Notes under the pieces: model-generated | What the model was told of the DNA's origin: nothing | Seen by the model: the letters and a program-made list of their open reading frames with translations, nothing else | The model's database searches: none | Program-made: the position numbers and the translations under genes | Shown here: positions 42,221-51,642 of the stretch, in pieces | Position numbering within the stretch: position 1 is the stretch's first letter | How the letters are laid out: each line of letters opens with the position of its first letter | Source: an uncultured delta proteobacterium | GTDB lineage: Bacteria; Desulfobacterota; Binatia; UBA9968 | Reading direction: 5' to 3' | Assembly (NCBI GenBank): GCA_963847445.1 | Contig: CAWJZV010000024.1 | Span: forward strand, 32,001-96,000 | DNA length: 64,000 bases

Positions 42221-43510
42221 ATGAGTACCAAGATCCGCGTCGTTCACTACTTGAATCAATTCTTCGCCCAGATCGGCGGCGAGGACAAAGGCGATGTCGG
42301 CCCAACCGTAAAAGCCGGGGTGATCGGCGCCGGCCGCGCGCTGCAGCAAGCGCTCGGCGAAGATGCCGAAGTGGTCGCGACGATTTATTGCGGCGACAAT
42401 TATTTCGCCGAGCATCAAAATCAGGTCGTCGCCGAACTGCTTCGGCGCACAGCGGAATTCACAGCCGATCTATTGATCGCCGGCCCGGCCTTCGAGAGCG
42501 GCCGCTACGGCGTGGCCTGCGGCGCTATTTGCCAAGCGGCGCAGCAAAAACTCGGTATCGCCAGCGTTGCCGGCATGGATGAAGACAACGTCGGCGCCGG
42601 CTTGTATCGCAAAAATATTTACATCGTCAACTCAGGCGCATCCATCGCGCGCATGGTGCCGACGCTGCAACGCATGGCAGCTTTGGGATTGAAACTGGCG
42701 CGCCGCGAAGCGATCGGCAAACCGGCGGACGAAGGCTACCTGTCACGCGGCATCAAGCGCAACGAATTCGCCGCCAAGCCGCCCGCCGAGCGCGCCGTCG
42801 ATATGTTGCTCGCCAAACTGGCCGGCAAAGAATTTCACTCCGAAATCGCCACGCCAAAATTCGCCGGTGGCAAACCGGCCGCGCCGCTGGGCGATTTGAA
42901 ATCAGCGGTGATCGCACTGGTCACCGACGGCGGGCTAGTGCTGGAAGGGAATCCGGATAAGATCGAGCCGGGACGGCCAACCCGCTTCACGACCATTCCG
43001 ATTCACAACGTCAACACGCTCGCCGCCGACAAGTACGACGCCGTCCATTCGGGCTACGACACCGCCAGCGCCAATCTAGACCCCAACCGACTGGTGCCGC
43101 TCGACACCATGCGCGAACTCGCCCGCGAGGGCGTCATCGGCAGCGTCCATGAATTCATTCACTCCACCGGCGGCGCCCACGCCGCGGTGGAGAACGCCGT
43201 GCAAATCGGCCGGCAGATCGCCGACCAGCTGAAAGCCGCCGGCGTCACCGGCGTGATCCTCACCTCCACTTGAGGCTCCAGCACTCGCTGCGGCGCAGCG
43301 ATCAGCAAGGAAATCGAAAAGCTGGAAATCCCGGTGACGCAGATCTGCACGATGATCCCGGTGGCCAAAGAAGTCGGCTCGCTGCGCGCCATCGCCGCCG
43401 GCGGCATCGTCAGCCCGACCGGCAATCCGGAACTATCGCCGGAAAAAGAAAAACAGTTCAGGCGGGACCTGGTGCTGCGCGCACTGGAGACACTGCAGCA
43501 AGAAGTGTGA
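42221..43510 (+). CDS. grdB: GrdB-family reductase selenoprotein B, 429 aa, Sec at codon 351
   Basis: RVVHYLNQFFAQIGGEDK, CGDNYF, AGPAF..GRYG.ACG, IALVTDGG, DPNRLVPLD. In-frame TGA at 43271-43273 in ILTST-U-GSSTRCGAAISKEIEKLEIPV...PTGNP...RALETLQQEV*. Confidence 0.92.
43285..43301 (+). promoter_or_regulatory. Putative bacterial SECIS element
   Basis: Perfect 7-bp stem TCGCTGC-[GGC]-GCAGCGA. The loop starts 18 nt after the UGA and begins with G. Confidence 0.7.
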
Positions 43511-43530
43511 TTAATCGTTGGGAGTATTTC

Positions 43531-43670
43531 TCGCAAAGGCGCCAAGACGCAAAGTTAAGTAAAGACATGTCATTGCGACCGAGGGGAGTAATCTCGCCCG
43601 AATCCGACAGGTCTCCTCCGGACTGACGGTCTTCGCCCGTCACTTTGCGCCTTAGCGCCTTTGCGAGATC
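43531..43670. repeat. CGCAAAG/CTTTGCG-family repeat
   Basis: tcgcaaaggcgccaagacgcaaag...gtcattgcgacc...ctttgcgccttagcgcctttgcgaga. Confidence 0.72.
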
Positions 43671-43711
43671 AATGTTCTCTCAGAATTCGACCATCGAACG
43701 TTGGAGTCACG

Positions 43712-44714
43712 ATGAACCTACCAACCCTGCTGCTCGTCATCGCGCTTAGTCTTAGCAGTCTACACTTCGCGCCTTCTTGCCGCCACCGTAGAAGACGATC
43801 ACATCGCCGGCGCCAAGAAAGAAGGCGCTCTCGTCCTCTATCTTTCCACCAATCTCGCCGATGCCAACGGTTTGGTCCAGCTCTACAAATCCAAGTATCC
43901 CTTCGTCAAGGTCGACATGTTCCGCGCCGACAACGAAAAACTGTTGAATCGCATCTTGACCGAATCGGCGGCCAACAAGTTCAACGGCGACGCGATTATG
44001 ATCAGCAGTTTCGAAGTCCGCGTGTTGTTGCAGAAAAAGCTCCTGCAACGCTACGTCTCGCCCCACGCCAAGTATTATCCAGAAGGATTCACCGACAAAG
44101 AAGGCTATTGGACCAGTGTCTACTCGATTCCCCGGGTTATCGCTTACAACACCAATCTCGCCAAGCCCGATGTCGCGCCGAAGAGTTGGGAAGACATCCT
44201 CCATCCGCGTTGGAGAGGCGGTTTTGGCCTGTCCGATAGCGCCACCCTCTGGTACACCGGCTTCATGAAATATCTCGGCGAAGAGAAAGGCCGCGACTTC
44301 ATGCGCAAGCTCGCCGCCCAGAAGCCGGCATTTCGCGACGGCGAAAGCATCGTCATGCAACTGCTCGCCGCCGGCGAGTTTCCTCTCGGCATGGTTTACT
44401 CGCACCAAGTGGCAACTCTGAAGCGGCGCGGCGCGCCAGTGGACTGGGTGCGCACCGCACAGCCCATCGTCACCGGCCTAAAACCTCTGGGCCTCAGTGC
44501 CAAGACGCAACATCCCAACGCGGCAAAATTATTCATCGACCTCACCCTCTCGAAGGAAGGCCAGGAGCTGATCAAGAGCTTCAACCGCATTCCCGACCGC
44601 GGCGACGTTACCTCCGAGCTAAAGGAAGGCCTCAAACTCTACCCTGCCGACCCGCGCTGGGGCGACAGCTATGCGAAACATGTGGAGGAATTTCGCGAGA
44701 TATTTTTCAAGTAA
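43712..44714 (+). CDS. Extracellular solute-binding protein (Fe3+/polyamine/thiamine-type), frameshift near 43770
   Basis: AKKEGALVLY, IAYNTNL, PKSWEDILHPRWRG, LLAAGEF, GAPVDW, HPNAAKLFID. Confidence 0.85.
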
Positions 44715-44774
44715 GCGCTACGGTTCCGGGAACTCCTGACCCCTTACCCTTCACCCCTAACGTTTAATAAGCGA

Positions 44775-44811
44775 GTAGCAATCCTGCTACGCCGAGTAGC
44801 AAAACGACTAC
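44775..44811. promoter_or_regulatory. Tandem palindromic operator/enhancer boxes
   Basis: GTAGCA-ATCC-TGCTAC (44775-44790) and GTAGCA-AAAC-GACTAC (44796-44811), 21-bp period. Confidence 0.55.
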
Positions 44812-44907
44812 GCCTAGCCTTCGCCACGGCAATTTCCCCACCCTGCCGGAACGTCAAGTTTCTCCATAATTTCAGAACCTTTCATTCGATACCACGCTGC
44901 CGCTCCG

Positions 44908-44924
44908 CTGGCATAACCCTTGTA
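44908..44924 (+). promoter_or_regulatory. Putative sigma54 (-24/-12) promoter
   Basis: CTGGCATAACCCTTGTA = GG-N10-GT variant of TGGCAC-N5-TTGC, about 100 bp downstream of the boxes and upstream of the 45011 gene. Confidence 0.45.
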
Positions 44925-45010
44925 ATGTAATTAGCAAGATCATCGTTGACAGGGAACCGCGATGATGGAACAAGATCGAGACAGTACGATCACAGCTTTT
45001 GGAGGAACCG

Positions 45011-45997
45011 ATGCTGGCAAAACTAACCGTGGCCATAGTCGCAGCTTTCGTTCTCACCCTCACCGCGTTCCCACCCAGCCAGGCGCAGCAGTTGGCAAAG
45101 ATGCCGAAGATTGGCTGGCTCGCGACCCGATCCGCCGCTTCTGGCACTGGGCTCGATAGATTGCGACGACATCTCCGGCCTCTGGGCTATATCGAGGGCA
45201 ATAACATCGACTTCGAGTATCGGTCGGCTGAGGATAACCTCGACCGGTTACCTGCACTCGCCGATGAATTAGTAAAACTTAAACTTGACGCGCTTGTCAC
45301 ACCATCGAGCGCTGAAACCCTAGCCGCAAAGAACGCTACCACGACGATCCCGATTATATGTTTGAACGTCGGGGATGCTGTTGCGCTGGGGCTGGTTGCG
45401 AGCTTCGCGAAGCCTGGCGGCAATATTACGGGCCTCACCAACTTCACAGATGTCCTCGCCGGCAAACGACTGGAGTTGCTCAAGGAAACTGTTCCCAAGC
45501 TGACCCGCGTTGCGGTGTTGTGGTATCCGCAAGATCCTGGTTCCACGCCGCAATGGAAAGAAAGCCAAGTGACTGCAGGAGAATTGGGCTTGCAACTCTA
45601 TTCTATGGAGGTCACCAGTAGCGACAAATACGAGAGCGCATTCAGAGACGCAATCAAGGCTCGAAGTGCTGCGGTCGCAGTTACGCCGGGACCGTTGAGC
45701 ATTTCTCACCAAAAACGGATTGCGGATCTCGCGATAAAAAATCGGTTGCCGATAATGACCCCTCGCGCGGATTTAGCCGAGAGCGGCGGCTTAATTTCAT
45801 ATGGACCCGACCGCGATGAACACTACAGGCGTGCTGCTTCGATGGTGGACAAAATTTTGAAGGGCTCAAAGCCCGCTGACCTACCTGTTGAACGGCCAAT
45901 GAAGTTTGAGTTTGTCGTCAATCTGAAAACCGCAAAGCAGATCGGTCTGACGATTCCGCCGAATGTGCTGGTGCGGGCTGATCGGGTGATTAAGTAG
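45011..45997 (+). CDS. ABC transporter substrate-binding protein (ABC_sub_bind-type)
   Basis: RBS GGAGG; MPKIGWL, LGYIEGNNI, ATTTIPII, GLVASFAKPGGNITG, KRLELLKE, GGLISYG, KILKG.KPADLPVERP.KFEFVVNLKTAK. Confidence 0.9.
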   Translation: MLAKLTVAIVAAFVLTLTAFPPSQAQQLAKMPKIGWLATRSAASGTGLDRLRRHLRPLGYIEGNNIDFEYRSAEDNLDRLPALADELVKLKLDALVTPSSAETLAAKNATTTIPIICLNVGDAVALGLVASFAKPGGNITGLTNFTDVLAGKRLELLKETVPKLTRVAVLWYPQDPGSTPQWKESQVTAGELGLQLYSMEVTSSDKYESAFRDAIKARSAAVAVTPGPLSISHQKRIADLAIKNRLPIMTPRADLAESGGLISYGPDRDEHYRRAASMVDKILKGSKPADLPVERPMKFEFVVNLKTAKQIGLTIPPNVLVRADRVIK

Positions 45998-46089
45998 GGC
46001 AAAAGTAAAAGTGAAAAAGGCCACCGGGAAATTCTAAAATACGAAGAGACAATGCAGATAAACGAATAAGCGGTTAGGGTACGACGTCT

Positions 46090-46554
46090 TCAGCGCGAAA
46101 TAAATTCGGATGGGACGAGCACCTCGAAAGCGTCGATTTTCTTCAGACGCTTGTCATTGGTGATGAAAAGCGTCGCTTCGCCTCGGATCGCCGCGGCGAC
46201 TTGCAAAGCATCGGGCAGACGGATGCCGTGGCGCGCCCGCACCAGGGCCGCGGCTTCGGCAAGCTTCTCGTCAATGGCCAACATGGTGAGCGTGGAGAAA
46301 GATTTCAAGGTGAATTTGATTTCATCGACGAGGGCGTACTTTTTTTCCACCAGAGGTTTTGCCAAAATTTCCGCCAGCGTGATGGTTGATGTGACGGCGT
46401 GCAAGCGATGGTTGGCCAAAAGTTCGAACACGGGTTCGAGAAGATCCGCGTAGGGCGCAACATCTTCGATAAAATAGATCAACGGCGCGGTATCGAGCCC
46501 GACGATCCGATGCTTTTCTATAGTTCGGCGAAAGTTAAGCGCGTTGCCATTCAT
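46090..46554 (-). CDS. vapC: VapC/PIN domain toxin
   Basis: GLDTAPLIYFIE, TSTITLAE, LPDALQVAAA, FITNDKRL. Confidence 0.88.
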   Translation of the reverse strand: MNGNALNFRRTIEKHRIVGLDTAPLIYFIEDVAPYADLLEPVFELLANHRLHAVTSTITLAEILAKPLVEKKYALVDEIKFTLKSFSTLTMLAIDEKLAEAAALVRARHGIRLPDALQVAAAIRGEATLFITNDKRLKKIDAFEVLVPSEFISR

Positions 46555-46780
46555 CGCGGAGTTTGTCGAGGTAGGCGTCGATCTTGGTGCGATCGCCCCA
46601 GGCGCCTTTACCGATACCGCGCAACCGGGCCGCCGGGTTCTTGGGTTTCGGCCGCAGGATTATTCTGTCGCTCTCTACCACCGCGGCTAATTGATCGCCG
46701 GGTTTTAGTCCCAAGGCCTGTCGCATCTGCTTGGAAATTACGATTTGTGACTTTTCGTTAAGTTTTAGCACTATTTCCAT
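46535..46780 (-). CDS. AbrB/MazE-family antitoxin
   Basis: KLNEKSQIVISKQMRQALGLKPGDQL...IILRP; overlaps the PIN gene start. Confidence 0.85.
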   Translation of the reverse strand: MEIVLKLNEKSQIVISKQMRQALGLKPGDQLAAVVESDRIILRPKPKNPAARLRGIGKGAWGDRTKIDAYLDKLRDEWQRA

Positions 46781-46894
46781 CTTTGTCACCCATTTTAATG
46801 GTTTCGGGTAAAATTAGCAGATATGGGCTACTTTAGCAATTTGTCAGCGGGAGAACGGTAAGGAGGCTCGTAGGTCCGAGAAGATTGGGTGGCG

Positions 46895-46965
46895 ATTAAC
46901 TTGAAAACGACAAAGCAGATCGGCGTGGCGATCCTGTTCCAGCGCAACTGACCGCGCCGGACTGA
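46895..46965 (+). pseudogene. Degenerate 3' end of an ABC_sub_bind-type SBP
   Basis: Encodes INLKTTKQIGVAI, compared with [13 protein letters not shown] at the end of 45011-45997. Confidence 0.6.
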
Positions 46966-47053
46966 ATTTAACAATTGCGCCGAGAACTTCGCCGCCGTAT
47001 AGTCGCGCTGTTCGTGTGGACCGGTCTTAGCATCCTATACATGAGGTGCGACA

Positions 47054-48742
47054 ATGTATGACTTGATTCTCAAAGGCGGGCGGATTTACGACGGCTCGGG
47101 GTTGCCGTCGTTCAATGGCGACGTGGCCATTCGCGACGGCAAAATTGCCGCCATCGGTAGAATCAACGAAGCAGCGGAGCGCGTGCTCGACGTTGGCGGC
47201 CTGGCGGTCGCGCCCGGGGTCATCGATTTTCACACTCACTTCGACGCCCAGCTTTGGTGGGACCCGCTCGCTTCATCATCGAATGAACATGGCGTCACCA
47301 CCGTGGTCACCGGCAACTGCGGCTTGACGCTGGCGCCGTGCAAACCGGAGAGCCGAGATGCCTTGATCGGCACTTTCGTGCGCGTCGAAGCGATGCCGCG
47401 GGCGAGCCTGCAAGCGGGCATTCCCTGGCAGTGGACGACACATGCGGAATATCTCAACGCGCTCGAGCGCCAGCCGCTCGGCTTGAACGTCGCGACGCTC
47501 ATCGGTCACTGCGCCGTGCGCCAACATGCCATGGGCGAAGCCAGCGTCGAGCGCGAAGCCAAGGACAGCGAAATCGCCGAGATGGAGGAATCGGTCCGCC
47601 AAGCTATGGCGGCTGGCGCCTTCGGGTTTTCGACGAACTCGAACCAAAGCCACTATCGCGAAGACGGCAAGCCGGTGGCAAGCCGATTCTCCAGCTTGGA
47701 AGAAATCGCCCGCCTGTGCCGCGTCGTCGGCGAGTCCCAGCGCGGCTTGGTGCAATTCACCCATGGCGCCTTCGCCACGCCGGAGCATGTCGCGCACATC
47801 AGCCAATGGTACGACACGATTTTACAGGAAACCCGCCGGCCGTTGATCGGTGAAAGCATCCGCCACCGTTGGAGCGAACCCGAGCTATGGCGCAAACAGT
47901 TGCACGACGTCGAAGCGCGTGCCCGTCAGGGCTACGCCGCCTACGCCATGACCAGCACGCGCCGATCAATGCGCCGCTGGACGCTCAAAGACGGCGCTCG
48001 TCTCGATATCATCCCGGCGTGGAAAAAACTTTCGGCGTTGCCGATCGCCAAACGAATGGAGAAACTGCGCGATGCCGCCGTGCGCGCGGAACTGGCGGAA
48101 GAAACCGTCGATGGAAAACCGATAGATTTCTCGCGCCGCTGGGATTTGATCGGCGTCAATAAAGCAGCGCGCAAAGAAAATCAAAGTCTCGAAGCCAAAA
48201 GCATCGCGGAGATCGCCACCGCGCAGCATAAGTCACCCATCGATGCCATGCTCGATCTCGCCCTGGCGGAAGACTTGGAAACCACTTTCGAAGATTCGAC
48301 GACCCAGGGCGACGAGCAAGCGGTCAAAGAAATCTTCTGCAACCCCAACGTCCTGCTCGGCCAGTCCGACGCCGGTGCCCATGTCGCCAGCGGCAATCCC
48401 GGTTTCGGTTACGCAACCTTGATGCTCGCCTATTGGGTGCGCGAGCGAAAGCTCATGACACTCGAAGACGCCATCAAGAAACTGACGTTCTTGCCGGCGT
48501 CGATCTTCGGCATCCACGACCGCGGCCTGCTGCGCCGCGGCCTTGCCGCCGACATATTTGTCTTCGATCCTGAGAGGATAGACTTAGCCACGCCGGCAAA
48601 AGTCAATGATCTCCCCGAAGGCGCGCCTCGTTTCGTTCAAGGCGCCAAGGGAATTCATTACACGATTGTTAACGGCAAAGTGCTCATGGATAACGGCGCT
48701 CACACTGGCGCCTATCCCGGAAGAGTACTGCGGAGTTCGTGA
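47054..48742 (+). CDS. N-acyl-D-amino-acid deacylase family amidohydrolase
   Basis: DLILKGGRIYDGSG, APGVIDFHTHFDAQ, GVTTVVTGNCG, SDAGAH, DRGLLRRG.AADI, TIVNG. Confidence 0.9.
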   Translation: MYDLILKGGRIYDGSGLPSFNGDVAIRDGKIAAIGRINEAAERVLDVGGLAVAPGVIDFHTHFDAQLWWDPLASSSNEHGVTTVVTGNCGLTLAPCKPESRDALIGTFVRVEAMPRASLQAGIPWQWTTHAEYLNALERQPLGLNVATLIGHCAVRQHAMGEASVEREAKDSEIAEMEESVRQAMAAGAFGFSTNSNQSHYREDGKPVASRFSSLEEIARLCRVVGESQRGLVQFTHGAFATPEHVAHISQWYDTILQETRRPLIGESIRHRWSEPELWRKQLHDVEARARQGYAAYAMTSTRRSMRRWTLKDGARLDIIPAWKKLSALPIAKRMEKLRDAAVRAELAEETVDGKPIDFSRRWDLIGVNKAARKENQSLEAKSIAEIATAQHKSPIDAMLDLALAEDLETTFEDSTTQGDEQAVKEIFCNPNVLLGQSDAGAHVASGNPGFGYATLMLAYWVRERKLMTLEDAIKKLTFLPASIFGIHDRGLLRRGLAADIFVFDPERIDLATPAKVNDLPEGAPRFVQGAKGIHYTIVNGKVLMDNGAHTGAYPGRVLRSS

Positions 48743-48759
48743 ACACGAATATAATTTTC

Positions 48760-48900
48760 TCGCAAAGGCGCAAAGACGCCAAGGCGACGGGCGATGCCCG
48801 TCATCCCGAGGGAACACGAGGGATCTAAGAAAGATTTCTCCCAGGGGTCGAAATGACAACAATTCCGAACTTAGCGCCTTTGCGAGAGACATTCCGAATT
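48760..48900. repeat. CGCAAAG/CTTTGCG-family repeat
   Basis: Closely matches 9937-10072 (gtcatcccgag...ggatctaagaaagatttctc...gtcgaaatgac...attccgaacttagcg). Confidence 0.8.
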
Positions 48901-48921
48901 TCAGAATTTATCTAGATCTGC

Positions 48922-49923
48922 TCAGCGCAGCCCAAAAATCTCTTTCCACAACTTCTCATACTTCGGATAATCTTTGATGTCGTCTTCGCCCACCGGGTAA
49001 ACTTTCGCCGGCCGGGTTTTTTCCGTCGGCTCGACTTTCGGATGGGCCGGCAATCTGCCGCCAAGAGCGTAGATTTTTTGGCCTTCTTCGCTCGCCGACC
49101 AGCGGGCGAACAACAGTGCGGTATTGGGATGCGGTGCACTTTTCATAATCGCCGTGGCGTCGATGTCGCCGGTGCCCTCGGTCAGCATATAGTCCACCGG
49201 CGCGCCTTTGCGTTTGCGCACCGGATAATGGTGCGAATAGCAGGTCAAACAGGCGGCGGCCTGTCCGGCGACCAACAGTTCGGCCAACTGCGAATGGCCT
49301 TTGTGAAATTCCAGATTGTTGGCGGCGATGCGCTTGAGCAGCGCCACGGCCTTGTCGTCGTTTTTGTATTTGTGCTTGGCCAGGCCGAGCAGCAATTGGA
49401 AATCTCGCGGCTCGGCGATCAAACGATTTTTCCAACGCGGATCGGCGAAATCTTCGAACTGCTTGGGCTCTTCGTCTTTTTTTACCTTCGAGGTATTCCA
49501 AGCCGGCACGATGTAAATCAAGTCGGTGGCGAGCCACCCGGTGCCTTTGAGTTCATCCGGATAGGCAGCCGCTTCCGGGTAGAGTCGGTCGAGAAACAAT
49601 CCTTGGCCTTGGACCCGCATGAGGCCGTCCAGCAAAGTTTGAAAAACATCGGCGAGGATCCGTCCGCCGCGCGATTCCGCGATGATCCGCGTCGCCAACT
49701 GATCCGACGTCGCGTCCACATGGTTCACTTTGATACCGGGAAAACGCTTCTCGAACGCCGGCAAAATGATCTCGGCATTGACCTGCGCCAAGGTGGCGTA
49801 AAAATTCAGCGTGCCGCCTTCGGTGAGCGCCCGCTTATAAACTTCGTCGATAGTTTGCGCCTGAAGGGAGACCACACCGCACATTGACAGCGTTAAGGCT
49901 AAGAGAAACTTTCCACTTTTCAT
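48922..49923 (-). CDS. Extracellular solute-binding protein (Fe3+/polyamine-type)
   Basis: FEKRFPGIKV, AWNT, FEDFADPRWK, LLVAGQ, GAPVDY, APHPNTALLF. Confidence 0.85.
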   Translation of the reverse strand: MKSGKFLLALTLSMCGVVSLQAQTIDEVYKRALTEGGTLNFYATLAQVNAEIILPAFEKRFPGIKVNHVDATSDQLATRIIAESRGGRILADVFQTLLDGLMRVQGQGLFLDRLYPEAAAYPDELKGTGWLATDLIYIVPAWNTSKVKKDEEPKQFEDFADPRWKNRLIAEPRDFQLLLGLAKHKYKNDDKAVALLKRIAANNLEFHKGHSQLAELLVAGQAAACLTCYSHHYPVRKRKGAPVDYMLTEGTGDIDATAIMKSAPHPNTALLFARWSASEEGQKIYALGGRLPAHPKVEPTEKTRPAKVYPVGEDDIKDYPKYEKLWKEIFGLR

Positions 49924-50072
49924 CGCAATCCTCCTGTTAAGGCATCCCGTGTTAGATTGAGCGGTGGCCGAACTCTATGAGAGCTGATGCGTACAGCCGA
50001 TGTAGCAGGTGAAATCATCGATCGTCAAGCTGGCAAGACCCCTTGTTTTCAACCTCACGACACCATGGACTC

Positions 50073-50160
50073 GTTCAAAAGTTCAAGGTTCAAAAGTTCA
50101 ATCGGAAGTCCGCCTCCGCCTCCGGCACAGTTGAACTATTGAACCCTTGAACCTTGAACG
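50073..50160. repeat. GTTCAA/TTGAAC palindrome between same-strand genes
   Basis: gttcaaaagttcaaggttcaaaagttcaa...ttgaactattgaacccttgaaccttgaac. Confidence 0.75.
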
Positions 50161-50166
50161 AATAAT

Positions 50167-51612
50167 TCACGCCCAATACGTCGTCCGATCGATGGGGATA
50201 TGCTGCAAGACTTCTCCCGGCACGAAGTCTTCCAGCTTGATTCGCGCCATCGCTTCGTCGGGGCATTTCGACACCGGCGAGAACGGCCGGTCGAGCGGCT
50301 TGGTGGCGTCGACGATCATGCAGGAAGTCTTGATCTCGTCGTCGAGCGACGGATCGAGCATGTTGCCGCGGAAGATCGGCGGCGTGATCGAGATTTGCAG
50401 GTGCGGTTGCACGCGGGTCGCGATCGCCCACAAGACATCGGTCGGATTGAAAACGTCAATATCGTCGTCGAAGACGAAAACATTTTTCGCGTGATCGAAG
50501 GTCAGCGCCGCCGCCGCGGCCCGGCCCGGATCGCCTTCGGACATTTTTTTCATGGCAATGAAAATATTGTAGTTCGCCTGCCGGCCGAGCTTGCACACCG
50601 CCGTGACGCCCGGCACCGCCTCGCGGCAGCGCCGCAAATACGCGCCCTCGCGCGGCAGATCCATCCACGGCTTGTCGCCTTCCGGCGTGATGACCGACTG
50701 GTACATGGCGCCCTTGCGATAATTAATCGCCCGCACTTCGTACTCGACACAACGGACATAGCGCTGCGGGCCGAGATAACCGGGCGCTTCGCCGAACGGC
50801 CCTTCGACGACCCGCTTGCCGGGAATCAACGCGCCTTCGATGACGATCTCGGCATCGGCGGGAATCAGCAAGTCGTCGCCCCAGGTCTCCGATGGCGTCA
50901 GCCGCAGCGGCTCTTGCAGATAGCCGCCGATGATATCGAACTCGCTGACCTCGAACGGTCCGGTGTAGCAAGCGCCGATGTGATAGGCCGGATGATGGCC
51001 CATCACCGTGGCCACCGGACATTCCATATTCTGCTCTTCGTAGTCGCGGTACATGCGCCAGAGATGGCGCGGCGAGGCGTACAGCGCGGTGCGGTTCGGT
51101 GACTTGATCTCCATGCGGTGGTACGAGCAGTTGTAAATACCGCTCTTGCGGTCTTTGGTGATGGTCGACAGCGTGCTATAGGGACCGCCGTCCATCTCGT
51201 AGTGGCGCATGAACGGCAACTGAAACAGATCGACATCGGCGCCGCGCTTGATGTTCTGCTTCACCGGCGCGTCTTTCTTGTCGATGACGATCGGCGGAAT
51301 CGGCTTGGCTTCCCGCGCCAGGCAGGCCTCAGCCATCTCACTGCGCGTCAGGCTGCGCGGCATGCCGAGAGCGATCTGGGTCTTTCGCTGCGAAATCTCG
51401 CAATTGAGCACAAGCGGGAAGTCACTCACCTGGCCGTGCAAATTGAGCGGCTTGTCGAAGATCGCGATGGGAAACTTTTTCTGCGCGCCGAGGTGCTTGA
51501 TGATCGCCGTCGCGTCATAATGCGCCGGATCGATGGTCTTGCCGATGTGAACGACTTCGTTAGGAATCTCGCGGCGGCACTCTTCGAGAAACGTGCTCAA
51601 GCTCTTCGGCAT
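50167..51612 (-). CDS. UbiD-family (prFMN-dependent) decarboxylase
   Basis: APVKQ, DGGPY, YNCSYHRM, AEIVIEG, EGPFGE..GY, FDDDIDVFN..DVLWAIATR, IVDATKP. Confidence 0.92.
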   Translation of the reverse strand: MPKSLSTFLEECRREIPNEVVHIGKTIDPAHYDATAIIKHLGAQKKFPIAIFDKPLNLHGQVSDFPLVLNCEISQRKTQIALGMPRSLTRSEMAEACLAREAKPIPPIVIDKKDAPVKQNIKRGADVDLFQLPFMRHYEMDGGPYSTLSTITKDRKSGIYNCSYHRMEIKSPNRTALYASPRHLWRMYRDYEEQNMECPVATVMGHHPAYHIGACYTGPFEVSEFDIIGGYLQEPLRLTPSETWGDDLLIPADAEIVIEGALIPGKRVVEGPFGEAPGYLGPQRYVRCVEYEVRAINYRKGAMYQSVITPEGDKPWMDLPREGAYLRRCREAVPGVTAVCKLGRQANYNIFIAMKKMSEGDPGRAAAAALTFDHAKNVFVFDDDIDVFNPTDVLWAIATRVQPHLQISITPPIFRGNMLDPSLDDEIKTSCMIVDATKPLDRPFSPVSKCPDEAMARIKLEDFVPGEVLQHIPIDRTTYWA

Positions 51613-51642
51613 GGGATCTCCAGGGGACTAATGAATCATGGT

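Noticed and set aside
43508-43510. Second TGA in grdB as another Sec
   Set aside because: It falls at the expected family C-terminus and is followed by AT-rich and repeat sequence, with no motif or hairpin.
43270-43626. 118-aa ORF after the grdB UGA
   Set aside because: Wrong frame. The GrdB-like sequence continues in frame through the TGA to 43510.
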